A stretch of DNA of 64,000 bases from Lingula anatina (Eukaryota; Animalia; Brachiopoda). Of the stretch, positions 12,706-24,386 are shown piece by piece. The notes beneath the pieces were generated by a model. The model was given only the letters and a program-made list of their open reading frames with translations, searched no databases and was not told the origin of the DNA. The stretch spans positions 15,620,587-15,684,586 of the forward strand of contig CM120648.1 in assembly GCA_051362555.1 (NCBI GenBank), written 5' to 3'. Numbering within the stretch: the first letter of the stretch is position 1; each line of letters begins with the position of its first letter. The position numbers and the translations under genes are program-made.

Positions 12706-15618
12706 GTAAGTGTTATATTAATAAAGGCGCTTGTACTTGAACAGGTTTACTAATATTGTTGTGTTCGTAAAATAATCATGTAGCACTTGTGTGTAATTGG
12801 CTGTTTACCTCAGAGCCACTTTAACGTAGAAGGTCAGGAACTGCGCAGCTGGAGATGATCAGCTGGATGTCACATAGTACAAGGCTAGAAATGGCCAGTT
12901 ACAGGTGGCTGGAAATGACCACCTTCAGGTGGCTGGAAATGACCGCTGGGGGGTGGGGCGCTCAAACAGTGCATGGCTGAAAATAGCCAACTGGAGACGT
13001 ACAGAGAGTGACCGCAGAGGAGTATAAATTTATAGGGGCGCACTCTCAGACTATGGGGAGAGTAGCAGTCTGTTAGTATAAGACCAGTGTTAGATCACTA
13101 TTAGCAGAGCACTGACATCCTCAGACTTAGATTTAGAGCACCTACTTACTAGTCATTGACTGTAACTTAGTTTCAATAAACAGGAAGTTAATTTGCGAGA
13201 AAAGGGAACGACATCTGCCTTGGTTTCTTCGAGTGAAAAACGTAAATATAGTATAAATACCCATGGCTAAATTCACGCTGGGTAATGCATAGCACTCATT
13301 CAGGGTTATTTGTGACCCGATTTAACAGACCCCTTACTTCCCCAGGCTATTTCTGTTAAGAAGAAAGAGGAAGTAATGCATTGCATACATTGATGACGCA
13401 TGTTTTCACATTCAAACACATTAAGTTCAGTTGTAATGTATTGCATTTAACTTTTGATTCAATGAATTTTAATTAATTTTTTTACAGCTTTTGGGGAATG
13501 TCGAGAAGCAAGATCTCACAGGTGGGAAAGAATTAAGCAAAATCATAATTTTCCATTGATCTTTATCATTGGAATTGGAAGTGAAAGGCCTTACACAAGT
13601 CGTGTCACAGGATTTGGGCTGAAGCGACAAAATTTGCTTTTGTTAAATCCACGAGTCAACACTTTTCTTGTGTAGACTTACTTAGCCTTTTCAATGTCAT
13701 TTCCATTGATTTATTTTTATTGGCTAGTTCCATAGTATGTAATGTTAGTCATTAATAGTCAGGAGGTGAGAAAATAAAGTCGTTGTTCTGTTCTTGTCAT
13801 GTGTGGTGTATATACAGCGGCATGTAACGTAAACGGAGCTAAGATCAATAGACACTGAAAGAGGTAGAGGCATAAATAGAGAGGAGGTGGGGCGGGAACT
13901 GAACAGGAGAGTAATGGATATGTGATATAAAATAACATGCTGGTCAGATTTGGAATTATTATAGATTTTGAAAGGAGTTCATGATATAAAATATCATTCA
14001 CAACATGGCTAAATCGCGGAAAGTATTTTGTTTCTAGTAAGTTAACCTTAAATTAAAATGAACCTGCGAAACTCATCTCCTGAATTATGGCAAAATAACG
14101 CATAAAACATTACACCTGTTTTATCTTTATTTGATTAAAAAAAAATGATTGTATGACACATAAAAGGAAACATTGTTAATACTCGTCTTATTAGATGTAA
14201 TGAGAAATATGTCGAGGTTGGCTACCAGCAGTCCCCTGCAAAAGAGAGGGATCAACAACATCACGCAGAAACTGGATTCCTTGGAAAGTATGTTTTATGG
14301 TAAATATGTTTTGTTAATCCAAGCAAACATTTTTCGTTATGGGAACAGGTAGGGTGTTATTTTCGTTTTAATGGGGGTTAAAGTCGGGGGTTTAACCTAA
14401 TAGTTAATCTTTTAAAGTAATGGATAGTTTTTCCAGTTGTGAACAAATAAATTATTTCTGTTTTACTAAACATGGTATTCGTGGAAAGCATGAGCAGACC
14501 CGAATTCCCGTGTCTGGGATCAACTTTATTCATTTATTTATTATTCATCATTTATATATTTAAGTTTCTGAATATATCTCTTATTCCAGGTCTCCAAGCT
14601 AATGTCACTGACTTGCTCCAATCATCCAGGAAAGGCTCCGTCCGGTTGACACTTGCCCATCTGATAGGCTGGAAAACCAATTACACTGCTCGTGAGTTCT
14701 CTAAACAGTTGTTTTTAATACGTTTAACAAGGCGGTGACTTTGTTTGTAAAATAATTACATATGCCTAATATTTAAATATTGTGAGTGTCCTTATGTTTT
14801 AATATTACAAATGATACACGGTCATTGACTTTGGTTGAATCACCTCTTGGAAACTATTAACCGGAAGCTTGGATAAGTGTCCGACGCCAAAACTGGCCTG
14901 TTGAACATTATTCTTCTTTCGAAGATCTACAATTATTTCTCTCAAACATTTTGATACACTGAGTGTTATCAAGTATAGATAATTATATAAGCTTATTGTG
15001 TATATTTCCAAATATTTTCTACTTGTATCTCTAAAATGTGTATATGCGGAATGTTTCACTGAAAATGTTCCATGTTGTATTAATAATCGTATAAAACAAT
15101 GTTTCGTCTATGTATCACTTTTCTCCTCTTTGCGCAAGTATGTTATAAAAATAAGTAAATTATTAACCATTTCCCACTGCATGTATGAAAAAACCGACAG
15201 CCATTGACATAATGTGAAACATTACTTACTTCTGTTTTATATTTTAGATTTTACTTGGCGAACCGGTCCCCACACAAATAGTTTTCTCACTGGAGACGTC
15301 CGATATGACGTCACCAAAGGGTGCTTAACTGTGGGGCGAGAGGGATACTTTCTCGTGTATAGTCAACTGTGTTTGAGAGGTCCAAAAAATGGAACGTTTG
15401 ACCATCAGATCCAGAGGTACAGTGGAGATGGTTGGAAAAGGGGGCTTTATAAGGCAAGGTATTATACCGGGTCAAGTCGGGTTGATTGCGACACTTTAAC
15501 AGGAATAATGCATCTTAGAGAAAATGACAGTATCAGAGTTGATCTTTCAAAAGACAATTATATCACTGGGAATAGTGCGTTCAATTCATTTGGTATGTAC
15601 ATGCTGTCATCACTGTAA
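12340..15618 (+). CDS. TNF superfamily ligand (type II membrane protein, 321 aa), 5 exons: 12340-12705, 13488-13521, 14195-14287, 14590-14691, 15248-15618
   Basis: All introns are GT-AG with consistent phases (0,1,1,1) and give a 966-nt open frame. TM segment FYLMAIFIMWCLQMIAIVVVGAVI follows basic KLKRLR. TNF homology domain hallmarks: LAHLIG, FTW, GCLTVGREGYFLVYSQL, TGIMHLRENDSIRV, NSFGMYML. Confidence 0.92.
12757..13245 (+). mobile_element. Probable solo LTR in TNF intron 1
   Basis: Starts TGTTGTGTTC. Short internal tandem repeats (GGTGGCTGGAAATGACC), TATA-like TATAAATTTA at about 13023 and AATAAA at about 13175. The 3' end is uncertain. Confidence 0.4.
15248..15618 (+). CDS. TNF ligand last exon (most of the TNF homology domain)
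   Basis: Acceptor TTTTAG at 15247. Encodes FTW...GYFLVYSQ...FGMYMLSSL-stop. Confidence 0.92.
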
Positions 15619-15840
15619 GTTTAACTATAGACACTAAAGTGACGATATATGACATTTCATACGACGTCATTCTTCCAAACAAATTTGTGATTACTGAGAG
15701 CAAAATAATTTTTTTTAAAGCATTAATATAATATACATCGGCCAAAGGAATAATAATAATAATATTTTATTAAATATTTTTTACTGTGCCACAACAGGCA
15801 TCATACATAGAATTGACTCTTATAGCTGTACACAATATCG

Positions 15841-15845
<5 letters not shown>

Positions 15846-15898
<53 letters not shown>
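15846..15898. repeat. (TA)n microsatellite downstream of the TNF stop codon
   Basis: Direct reading. Confidence 0.95.
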
Positions 15899-15902
<4 letters not shown>

Positions 15903-16644
15903 GCAACCTATCAAAAGCATATGTATATAATGCACTTCGTCTAAAGAAAGAAAACATATAACCATGTTTTTTTTTTTTTTGAAAATATGTTATTTTTGCT
16001 GATCCATGTATAGTAAATATACAGCAGACATGATACATATAGTTGAGTCTTACAGATGTACATTTTACCGTTTTGAAATTGTTTAACTTGAAGAACTATT
16101 TCGTTTATGTGTTCGTCGTTTTCTTTCTTCTGAATCTTAAAAGATTGTATAATAAACACCTTAAGTCATTTATTGATGAAAACTTAAAATATTAAGTAAA
16201 GAATATACAATTTTATTATTGAGAAGGGCAAATGAGTAGATTAAATGAAGAAGGTTAATGCAATGTAGTTAGTGCATTGTTCCAAAAAGCATATGTGCTT
16301 TTTACCGTGAGAAAATCATTTTGGCATGAAAACCAAAGCTGTAATGTATATTGAACGTGTAGGAGCTGCTGTATTTAATACTTATTTTTCTTCCAAAATG
16401 GGCGTTTCAGCACAGCAGCTTTTTTAGTGTTAAAATACCAAAAAAAAAGGAAAATAAAGCACCGTTATTGAACAATTTGTTTGATAACCATGTTTTTTTA
16501 AGACTCATATACATGTCTTGTTTACTTTTATGCTCTCACAATTGTGATATCATTGAATTTTTGTCACCCCTCTTGTTTCTTATAATCTACACTAAAGAAA
16601 AGCAGGTGACCTAACTTTTCAGTTTAAACAAGAAAAAAAATCAA

Positions 16645-17320
16645 CTTAAAGGAATGCGCAGCCCAGCTTTCAGATGTGTTCGCGGAAATATTCAACTGGT
16701 CAATTGAAATTTGCAGAGTGCCTGAAATATGGAAGACAGCAACCATCATACCTGTGCCAAAAAGTAAAACTGTAGAGAATTTAAATGATCTCCGTCCTGT
16801 TGCTTTGACACCGTTGCCTATGAAGATATTCCAAAAAAAAATTATTTTGTCTTTTATTAAAACTTTAGTGCCAAATAGCTTTGATCCACTCCAATTTGCC
16901 TACCGCAGTAACAGAAGTGTAGATGATGCTCTTTCTATGTGTTTACACAAAGTTTTGGAACATCTCGATTGTAAAAATGTCTATGTTAGAATTTGTTGAC
17001 TATAGCTCAGCATTTAATACTATTGTACCAAGCAAATTGCATTTCAAACTTTTGGATGATCTTAATTTTCCACCAGCACTCTGCGATTGGATTTTAGATT
17101 TTCTTTCAAACAGAAAACAGTCAGTAAAAGTCGGTAGTAAGCGATTTTTAAATAGCTTTTATCCTTCGGCAGAAACTGTTTTTAACTCTAACATGTAATT
17201 TTTATTTTCATTCTTTATATTTCAATGGCTCTACCACAGGGCAAAAGATTCCCGATTTTATACATTTGTATTTTATTGGCTTAATAAATTATTATTATTA
17301 TTGTTATTATTATTATTATT
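16645..17320 (+). mobile_element. 5'-truncated, internally deleted Rex1/Babar-type LINE (RT fragment)
   Basis: LRPVALTPLPMK, DPLQFAYRSNRSVDDA, (F)VDYSSAFNTI and WILDFLSNRKQSV jump directly to the C-terminal RFLNSFYPSA. Followed by AATAAA and an (ATT)n tail at 17290-17320. One frameshift. Confidence 0.85.
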
Positions 17321-17509
17321 ACGACCGCAGCCATATGGTTTAATGTGCCATCTCTTTATTTTTTATTCGAATTTTCTACCTTGCATGAGTTTGTCAGTCT
17401 ACTAATCCGGAATTCGGAATTCAATTGTGACTTGGGGTGTGGTCGACCCTGGGGGTGGTCTATTCTAATTTTTACATCGTGTTTTATGCTAGGCGCATGA
17501 AACGTGGCT

Positions 17510-18371
17510 GATTCTAGGACAATTCCCCCCCGGACAATCCCCCCCCGGACTATTCCCCCCGGACAATTCCCCCCGGACAATTCCCCCCCAGGACAATTCC
17601 CCCCCCCCCCTGACGATTCCCCCCCCCAAGAAATATGTATTTATATACAAATATAAAGTAGAAAGTGTAAAGTTTAAAACATTTCATCTATTTTATTAAC
17701 ATTTTTAGTGTGATAATATAACTTCATCATGAAACAAATTATTTTATAACAAATTCCCTTTTCATTGAGAACAAGTACAGGAAGATTTATTAAGTATCTA
17801 ATCGAAGTATAACCACCTATCCTTCAGGTAAAAGTGGGGTAAACAGATGAACAGGTAAACAGATATTTTATAAATATTTTAGTGTGGTGGGTGGTGGTCA
17901 AGCAATTAAAAGTGACAAATAGTCACAGGGATACCTGGATAAGCGAGAAAATCTGTTTACCCCACCCCTCCCTAGAGATGAGCCTTGATTCAAGACTTAC
18001 TGAATCAAGGGGGGGGGAGAAATAAAGCAATTAAAAGTAACAGTTAATTCATCAAAGGGCTACCTGGATGAGTGAGATCATCTGTTTACCCCTCCTTTAC
18101 CTAGAGATATATATTCTTTGATCAGATTTTTAATAAAATGTTCTGTACTTCTATCTCGAAAATTTCATGTACTTATACTCCATGAAAATAAATTGTTTAA
18201 TAAAATTAATATTATCTATCCTTGATTTGCATCATCACACTAAGAAATATTCAGAAAAAGGATGAAAAGAACTTTGAACTTTGTATTCTTTATATTTGTA
18301 TATAAATATATATATTCTTCGGGGGGGAATAGTCCGGGGGGAATTGTCCGGGGGGGAATTGTCCTGATACC
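17510..18371. mobile_element. MULE-like MITE with GGACAATTCCCCCCC arrays (copy 1)
   Basis: 9-bp TSD AACGTGGCT (17501-17509, 18372-18380). Inverted 15-bp repeat arrays at both ends. Confidence 0.85.
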
Positions 18372-18411
18372 AACGTGGCTACATACTATTTTAAATGTGG
18401 AAGGGCACTTC

Positions 18412-18467
<56 letters not shown>

Positions 18468-18904
18468 CCTGGGGGCGGTTGAGTCTAATTGACATTGTTA
18501 TTCCTGCTATATCTATCCTGAGACCAATAAAGCTGGGAACGTAAGGCTATGGGGATTGAAAAATCTGTCTTTGGGGATGTGTATGGGTCCTTCTGGGTTT
18601 TTGTGACATTGGGTGTGGCCGTCCCTGGGGAGGTTGATTTTAAATTTTACATCGTTATTCGTGCTTCTACCCCTACGCCATTACAGTTGGGAACATGAAA
18701 CCTTCCGGGCTGATAAGCTTACCATTGAGGATATGCATAGGTTTCCGGGAATGTTAGTATGATATTTCAGGTGTGGCTATCCCGGGGGGTGGTTGATTCT
18801 GTTTTTCACAACTTTATTTCTGCCATCTATACCCTTAAATTTTAAGGAACATGGAACGGAGATTGATGAACCTGTCATTTTAATGAATGTGCATGGGTCC
18901 TTGA

Positions 18905-19248
18905 GAAATGTAGAGAACAGCAGAAGCACATACAGAACTAAATGGACTTCCAGCCATATGCATAAATATAGGTCAGGGAATCCAATTAAAAACTAATTCA
19001 AGGCCCCACACACTCGATCAGGAATCCTAGCGTTTAACTGCTGATGTGTCTTAACACAAAACAAAAATGTTTATTTCCCAAGAGCAGTAATTAACATGTG
19101 TGTTTTATGTTAAAGAACAATGGGACTTGGACCCTAGGATTCCTGAGAGTATGGGGTCTTGAATGGGTTTTAATTAACTTGACCTATATTCAAGAATACG
19201 ACTGAAGGTCTGTTATTTAGTACTGTCTGCTGCTTTCTGTACATTTCC
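18905..19248. repeat. Degenerate palindromic (foldback) element
   Basis: Arms pair: GAAATGTAGAGAA/TTCTGTACATTTC, AATATAGGTCA/TGACCTATATT, TCAGGAATCCTAG/CTAGGATTCCTGA. Confidence 0.55.
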
Positions 19249-22139
19249 CCTTCCTTCCTAACTCGAAGACCGCCACCAGATTCACACATACAGGGTAGGA
19301 TGTAGTACTAGCTGGGTCGGTCCAACTCTGCAAGGAATCTTAATTGCAATCTATGGAATCAGCTTCATTGCCTGACAAACCACTAATCACTCCACCCCCT
19401 AGGGACGGCCACTCCCCAAGTCACACTAATGTAGCCCACCCATGCACCAAAGACTCATGTTCCTAATTCGAATGGTCTAGGGGGAGATGAAATAAATTAC
19501 GGTAATATATATGTGTACCATCCCCAGGGACAGCCACACCCCAGGTCACAAAAAATAAATAAATAAATAAATAAATAAAATAAAATAAATAAAAAAAACC
19601 TGCCTATGCACACCCTGACATTTTAGTTTCCTCAACCTAAAGACCTATGGGTATATAGCAGAAAATACAATTTAAAGATAATAATCAACCACCCCTAGGT
19701 CACCAAAGTCACCAAAAATCCAAAGGACACGTGCACATCCCTAATGGCAAGTTTAAATATCCCCAACGTCTCATGTTCCTCACTTTAATGGATAGAGGAT
19801 ACCAGTAACAACGATATAAAAAATATAAATATACCCCCCCCCCAAAGGACTGCAAAGTCCCACTACTAAAGGTCTACAGGTAGATAGCAGAAATTACGAT
19901 GTAAAAATTACAATCAACCACAATTACAATCAATCACAATTCTGAATAAATATCAATCTACAAGCCTGTTGATGTCGCAGATCAGCTACGTTAATTAGGC
20001 TGCTAAACAACAAGTAGGCCTACCCCCCCCCCCCCCCCCCCTCCGAACGCCTTATTAACAGGTTTCCAAATGCAGACTGTGCCGCAGATAATACTTTCGG
20101 GTCAAATGAGAGCCAGCCAAGGGCACATTTCGGGGACACCATTGATTACACCATGATGGACATTCACAGGTGTAGGACCAGAACAGAGCATCTCGGAAAC
20201 CAAGGGACAGACGTAAATCATTACACTTGCGCGTCTTACCTCATGGAAAAATTAGTCTTTTCAGAGTGGGATGCGACTTGATCAAGATAATTGTAGAGCA
20301 CAATTATATACACGACCTTCTCTGCTTCTTTTTATTATCTATTTATTTATCTTTAATAATTGATTATTATTTGTTTATTTATCCATCTTATAATCCAGTA
20401 ACCTACGCGTAAATTATGTTTTCATAGCCTGGTTTACCTGATCCAGTAGTTTTATGTATCAAGCGTATCTGGGAGGGGAGGACCCAGGGGGTCTGGACCC
20501 CCTATTTCTTCCACGCTGATCATAATCTCCCATAATGTACTGATTTTTAGAAATACTGGATCCTCACCTACATACGCCTGTGTATTTTAAAATTACTCAA
20601 AACATGCATCCAATACCACTAAAGAAACCCTATTCAGTCATACAAGTGAATTAAAACGTACAGTTTACCTATTTTGGATAATATTTACAGTACAAAAACA
20701 TTATATTTCAAAAACGTTCTCTCTCATAACGTTGGGCCAACAACAGGTACTTTTTCACCATTATCCCATGAAGTCGCAGGCAATATCTTATGTGGAGATG
20801 AAGTCGCAATTTATCCTATGAAGTCGATTTGACAGTAAAATCAGAGCATTTATCCCATGAAGTGGTAATATACCATGAAGTATCTTAACATACGTCTAAG
20901 AATAAGTTTTCCATAACAAACAATTTAATCTCTGACACCACGCTACAAAAAGAACACAATATTTTGTCGGTACACGTGTACAGAAAATATGAATCTGTGT
21001 GCCTGACCCGAAGGTTGTTTCTGTGGGAACGGGGTCTGTTGTGGCAGTGTAGGTGACCTGTATTATTCTCCCTCCACGCCTTTGTGCTTTCTTTATGCGC
21101 ACAAAAGAGACCGTAAGGAGGAAGGAAAATCAATATGTTTGTTTGCTCTGGCTTTATTCATATGAAGAATATAAACTGAGGCATACTCAGACAGCGTCTG
21201 CAGTCGACCTCAGCCAAACACAAAACTAGGACGACCGATTTTTTTAATATAGCTCAAATGCAACTCTTCAAAATGAAATTATGGGAAGAGCTCATCTCAA
21301 AATTATTTTCTTCAGATTACACCTTAACAGACTGTTTCATTATGTTTTTCGAGCATATGGAACTGACGGAAAAAATACAGCTAATCAACAAGTACACAAG
21401 TTACATTTATCATTCATCATCATCTCTTGCAGACAACTGTTTGTAGAGAGCCTCGACATATTTCCTATCACACCTGGGAGAAAAGTATAAATAATAATGA
21501 GATATTTAGTTTGGATCGAGCCTGTATATAACATATTTAAATAGTCGAAGCCGTCATGCTTTAAAAAAGAGTAAATATTATATAAGATAAACACCAATGG
21601 ATCTTTACCGTATAGATTATACTGCCCGTCTGTCAAGTCAATCAGTGAACGATGCGATTGAAAAAAAAGTAAATTCGTTTCTCTGTAGAAGAATCAACTA
21701 TGGAAAAGGACCTGTTGCATTTTTCCCGCTGAATGTAATTTATTAGGATTCTTTATTTCTACATAGATGCACGGATCAATGTTACTTACTTATCAAGTCA
21801 AACACACAAACAAAATAACAGGTGCAAACCACCTGCAAGTAGATATGAAAAATTACGCAACCTTTAGACGCACCGTTCAACACATTTTTACTGGTTTTAT
21901 CCATCTCTTTCCCCACTGATCTCTTCTTGTGCAAAGAATAATAACAAGAACCGTTTCCATTAGCCAACGAGCTGTGCCTTTAACGTCGCTTTTCAGAGCG
22001 CTTTATTGTTCACTTCCCAAAGCCCGAAGAAAGCACACCGCTAAGAAAAACGCCCTAGGTCAATAAAAGAATAACATTTCCTCGGTTAAAACACAAAGCA
22101 AAGCTCTTGCTGCATTATTTTCTTAATGAATAAGTTAAT

Positions 22140-22643
22140 TTGCCGGTCACAATGTCTTTTTAGACATGCAAAGCAGACTGGGTTGTGGGATTGTAGGGCC
22201 CATTTCCGGATTCTCGAACACTCGACTGTACCAGTTAGTTTAAAAGAACGTCACCGGTTAGACAGTAAGTACAGTTATGATAACCGTAAAATTCATGGGT
22301 GTATATTAATTGTCTAAAAGCAGATTTCACGCATCGCAACGGTTGTTCAGGGTATACCTTTACTTAATTGAGGCCTCTTTCTTCGGTAAAATAAGATGCA
22401 TTTTGGGTTAAATATAAATGTACTTCCGTGTACTTTGCAGAGATTAATGGCTTGTTGAAGTCCATTTTGAATAAGTTAAATGTGTGATGATTGTGACATG
22501 GTCATTATGTATACGTGTTTTTCTCTCCAATGTGTTTCAGATCTGTTTAACGTCCCTGAACTATTAAAGTTGGAATCGGAAGGACTCGTAACTTTTACAT
22601 TTCTACAATGTTCGGTGCTTTGATCTTTTTAGCAGCGCTAAGT
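22140..22643 (+). pseudogene. Dead 5' duplicate (promoter, non-coding exon, intron, signal-peptide exon) of the Cys-rich TNFR-like gene
   Basis: Collinear similarity to 29425-29469 plus 33067-33516. Exon 22541-22637 encodes MFGALIFLAA but the donor is CTAAGT instead of GTAAGT. No downstream exons found. Confidence 0.65.
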
Positions 22644-23039
22644 TTTATATATGTATTTGTATGACGGTATTGGAATTAGAATTTTGATTAGCTGATCTAT
22701 ATTTCTTGACCCTTCCAAATGGCACAGTTTGTCCACCAAAACGCCAAAATATGTTGGGCATATCAGTGGGCTCGAACCCCACCACAAGGGGGCAGGGTCG
22801 GCTTCGAATCTGAGCTCTCCGGGCTCTTGTAGCTCCGGAAAAAAATACTTTTTGCATAAAGATCCGGTATAGTTTAGAATAGTGATCGAATTGACAACAA
22901 CTTATTGCCAGTCATCATCATTAAGTCTGCGTCGTCAAGTAAATTTGCTTTCTCTCCACTTCTTAAGTCCTTTAAATGATGCTTAGGCGGGGATGGTCAT
23001 AGTTCTCTATCATTTACCAGCTTCACCACAGATAAACTT

Positions 23040-23682
23040 GGTATCAGGTCAATCCCCTCCCCGGACAATCCCCCCCGGACTATTCCCCTTCGGACAATTA
23101 CCCCCAGGACAACCCCCCCGGACGATTCCCCCCTAATGATATATATTTATATACAAATATAAAGTAATGAGTACAAAGTTCAAATCTTTTTATCCATTTT
23201 CTGAATATATCTTAGTGTGATGATGCAACTGGAGGATAAATAAAATTAATTTCATTAAACAAATTACTTTAAAGGAGTACAAGTACATAAAATTTTCAAG
23301 ATAGAAGTACAGAACATTTGATTAAAAATCTGATCAAAGTATATCTCCAGGTAAAGGAGGGGTAAACAGATGTTCTCACTCATCCAGGTAACCCTTTGAT
23401 GAATTAACTGTTATTTTTAATTGCTTTATTACTCCCCCCCCCCCTTGATTGAGTAAGTCTTGAATCAAGGTGCACCTCTAGATAGAGGTGGGGTAAACAA
23501 TTTTCTCGCTTACCCAGGTATCCCTTTGACTATTTGTCACTTTTAATTGCTTGACCTTTACCCACCACCCACCACACTAAAATATTCATAAACTATCTGT
23601 TTACCTGTTCATCTGTTTACCCCACCTTTACCTGAAGTATAGGTGGTTATACTTTGATTAGATGTTTAGTAAATCTTTCTGA
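23040..23682 (-). mobile_element. Truncated copy of the GGACAATTCCCC MITE family
   Basis: Begins with the GGTATCAGG end and is the reverse complement of about 17780-18371. The other end is missing. Confidence 0.8.
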
Positions 23683-24386
23683 TTGTCTACACCGCAAACA
23701 TGAGTCTCTCAGCACGGAATTCTTCAGTCTTTATTATTGTGAAATGTTTAATACGTATAGTATTAAATCAGTAAAAAAAGAAAAGAAAAGAAAAATAGAA
23801 AGAAAAAACTAAGAAGAGGAAATGAAACATACAGTACGAATGAATAAAAAAATAGAAGTAAACGTTAAATAAAAATTAGATAACCCACGCTGTAAAGGCA
23901 TTAACCTACTTGTATGAGACCGCCGCATTTATAATCAAATAGGGGAGACCGGGGCTAGTTGACCCATGGCCAGTTAGACACTTTTGGCCTTGTTGAGCTA
24001 ACTAGGAATGATTTTGAGTTACAAAACCGGCTTAAAAGTAAGCCCCATGAACTAAGCTACATATGCAACGTCATTATTTTTGCCATATGGTTCACAAATT
24101 AACAAAAAACGCAACTGGGGGGGGGGGGGGGGGGGGGACTTGCCCCGCCACGGGAAATGATACGGCATTAGGCCTTTTTATAGGCGTTCCCTTTGTCAAT
24201 AAATACATTTACATGTTTTTGTGTTTACTTTGTTGTAAACATACTAGTTTTGTTAATTTCTACGTTTCACCTTCTTTGGTTCCCATCTCTTTATTTGATA
24301 CTACTGCTTATTGGTCCTAAATTATAGAACAAACTGTCTTTTTAACTGCACGTAGAAGCTGAAAGGTATTTTTGAGGGCGAACTTG

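Noticed and set aside
13738-14010. Second possible solo LTR in TNF intron 2 (TGTAATG...CACAACA)
   Set aside because: No TSD or second copy visible, so the evidence is too weak.
17356-17580. Gly-rich GGIVRGG / PPGQFPP ORFs (also 47049-47337, 47876-48128)
   Set aside because: Translations of MITE 15-bp arrays, not collagen or structural proteins.
20885-21832. Possible minus-strand exons (VVCTCYFVCVFDLI; GHLHCHNRP...)
   Set aside because: Splice-like signals exist, but no coherent gene model or recognisable domain could be built.
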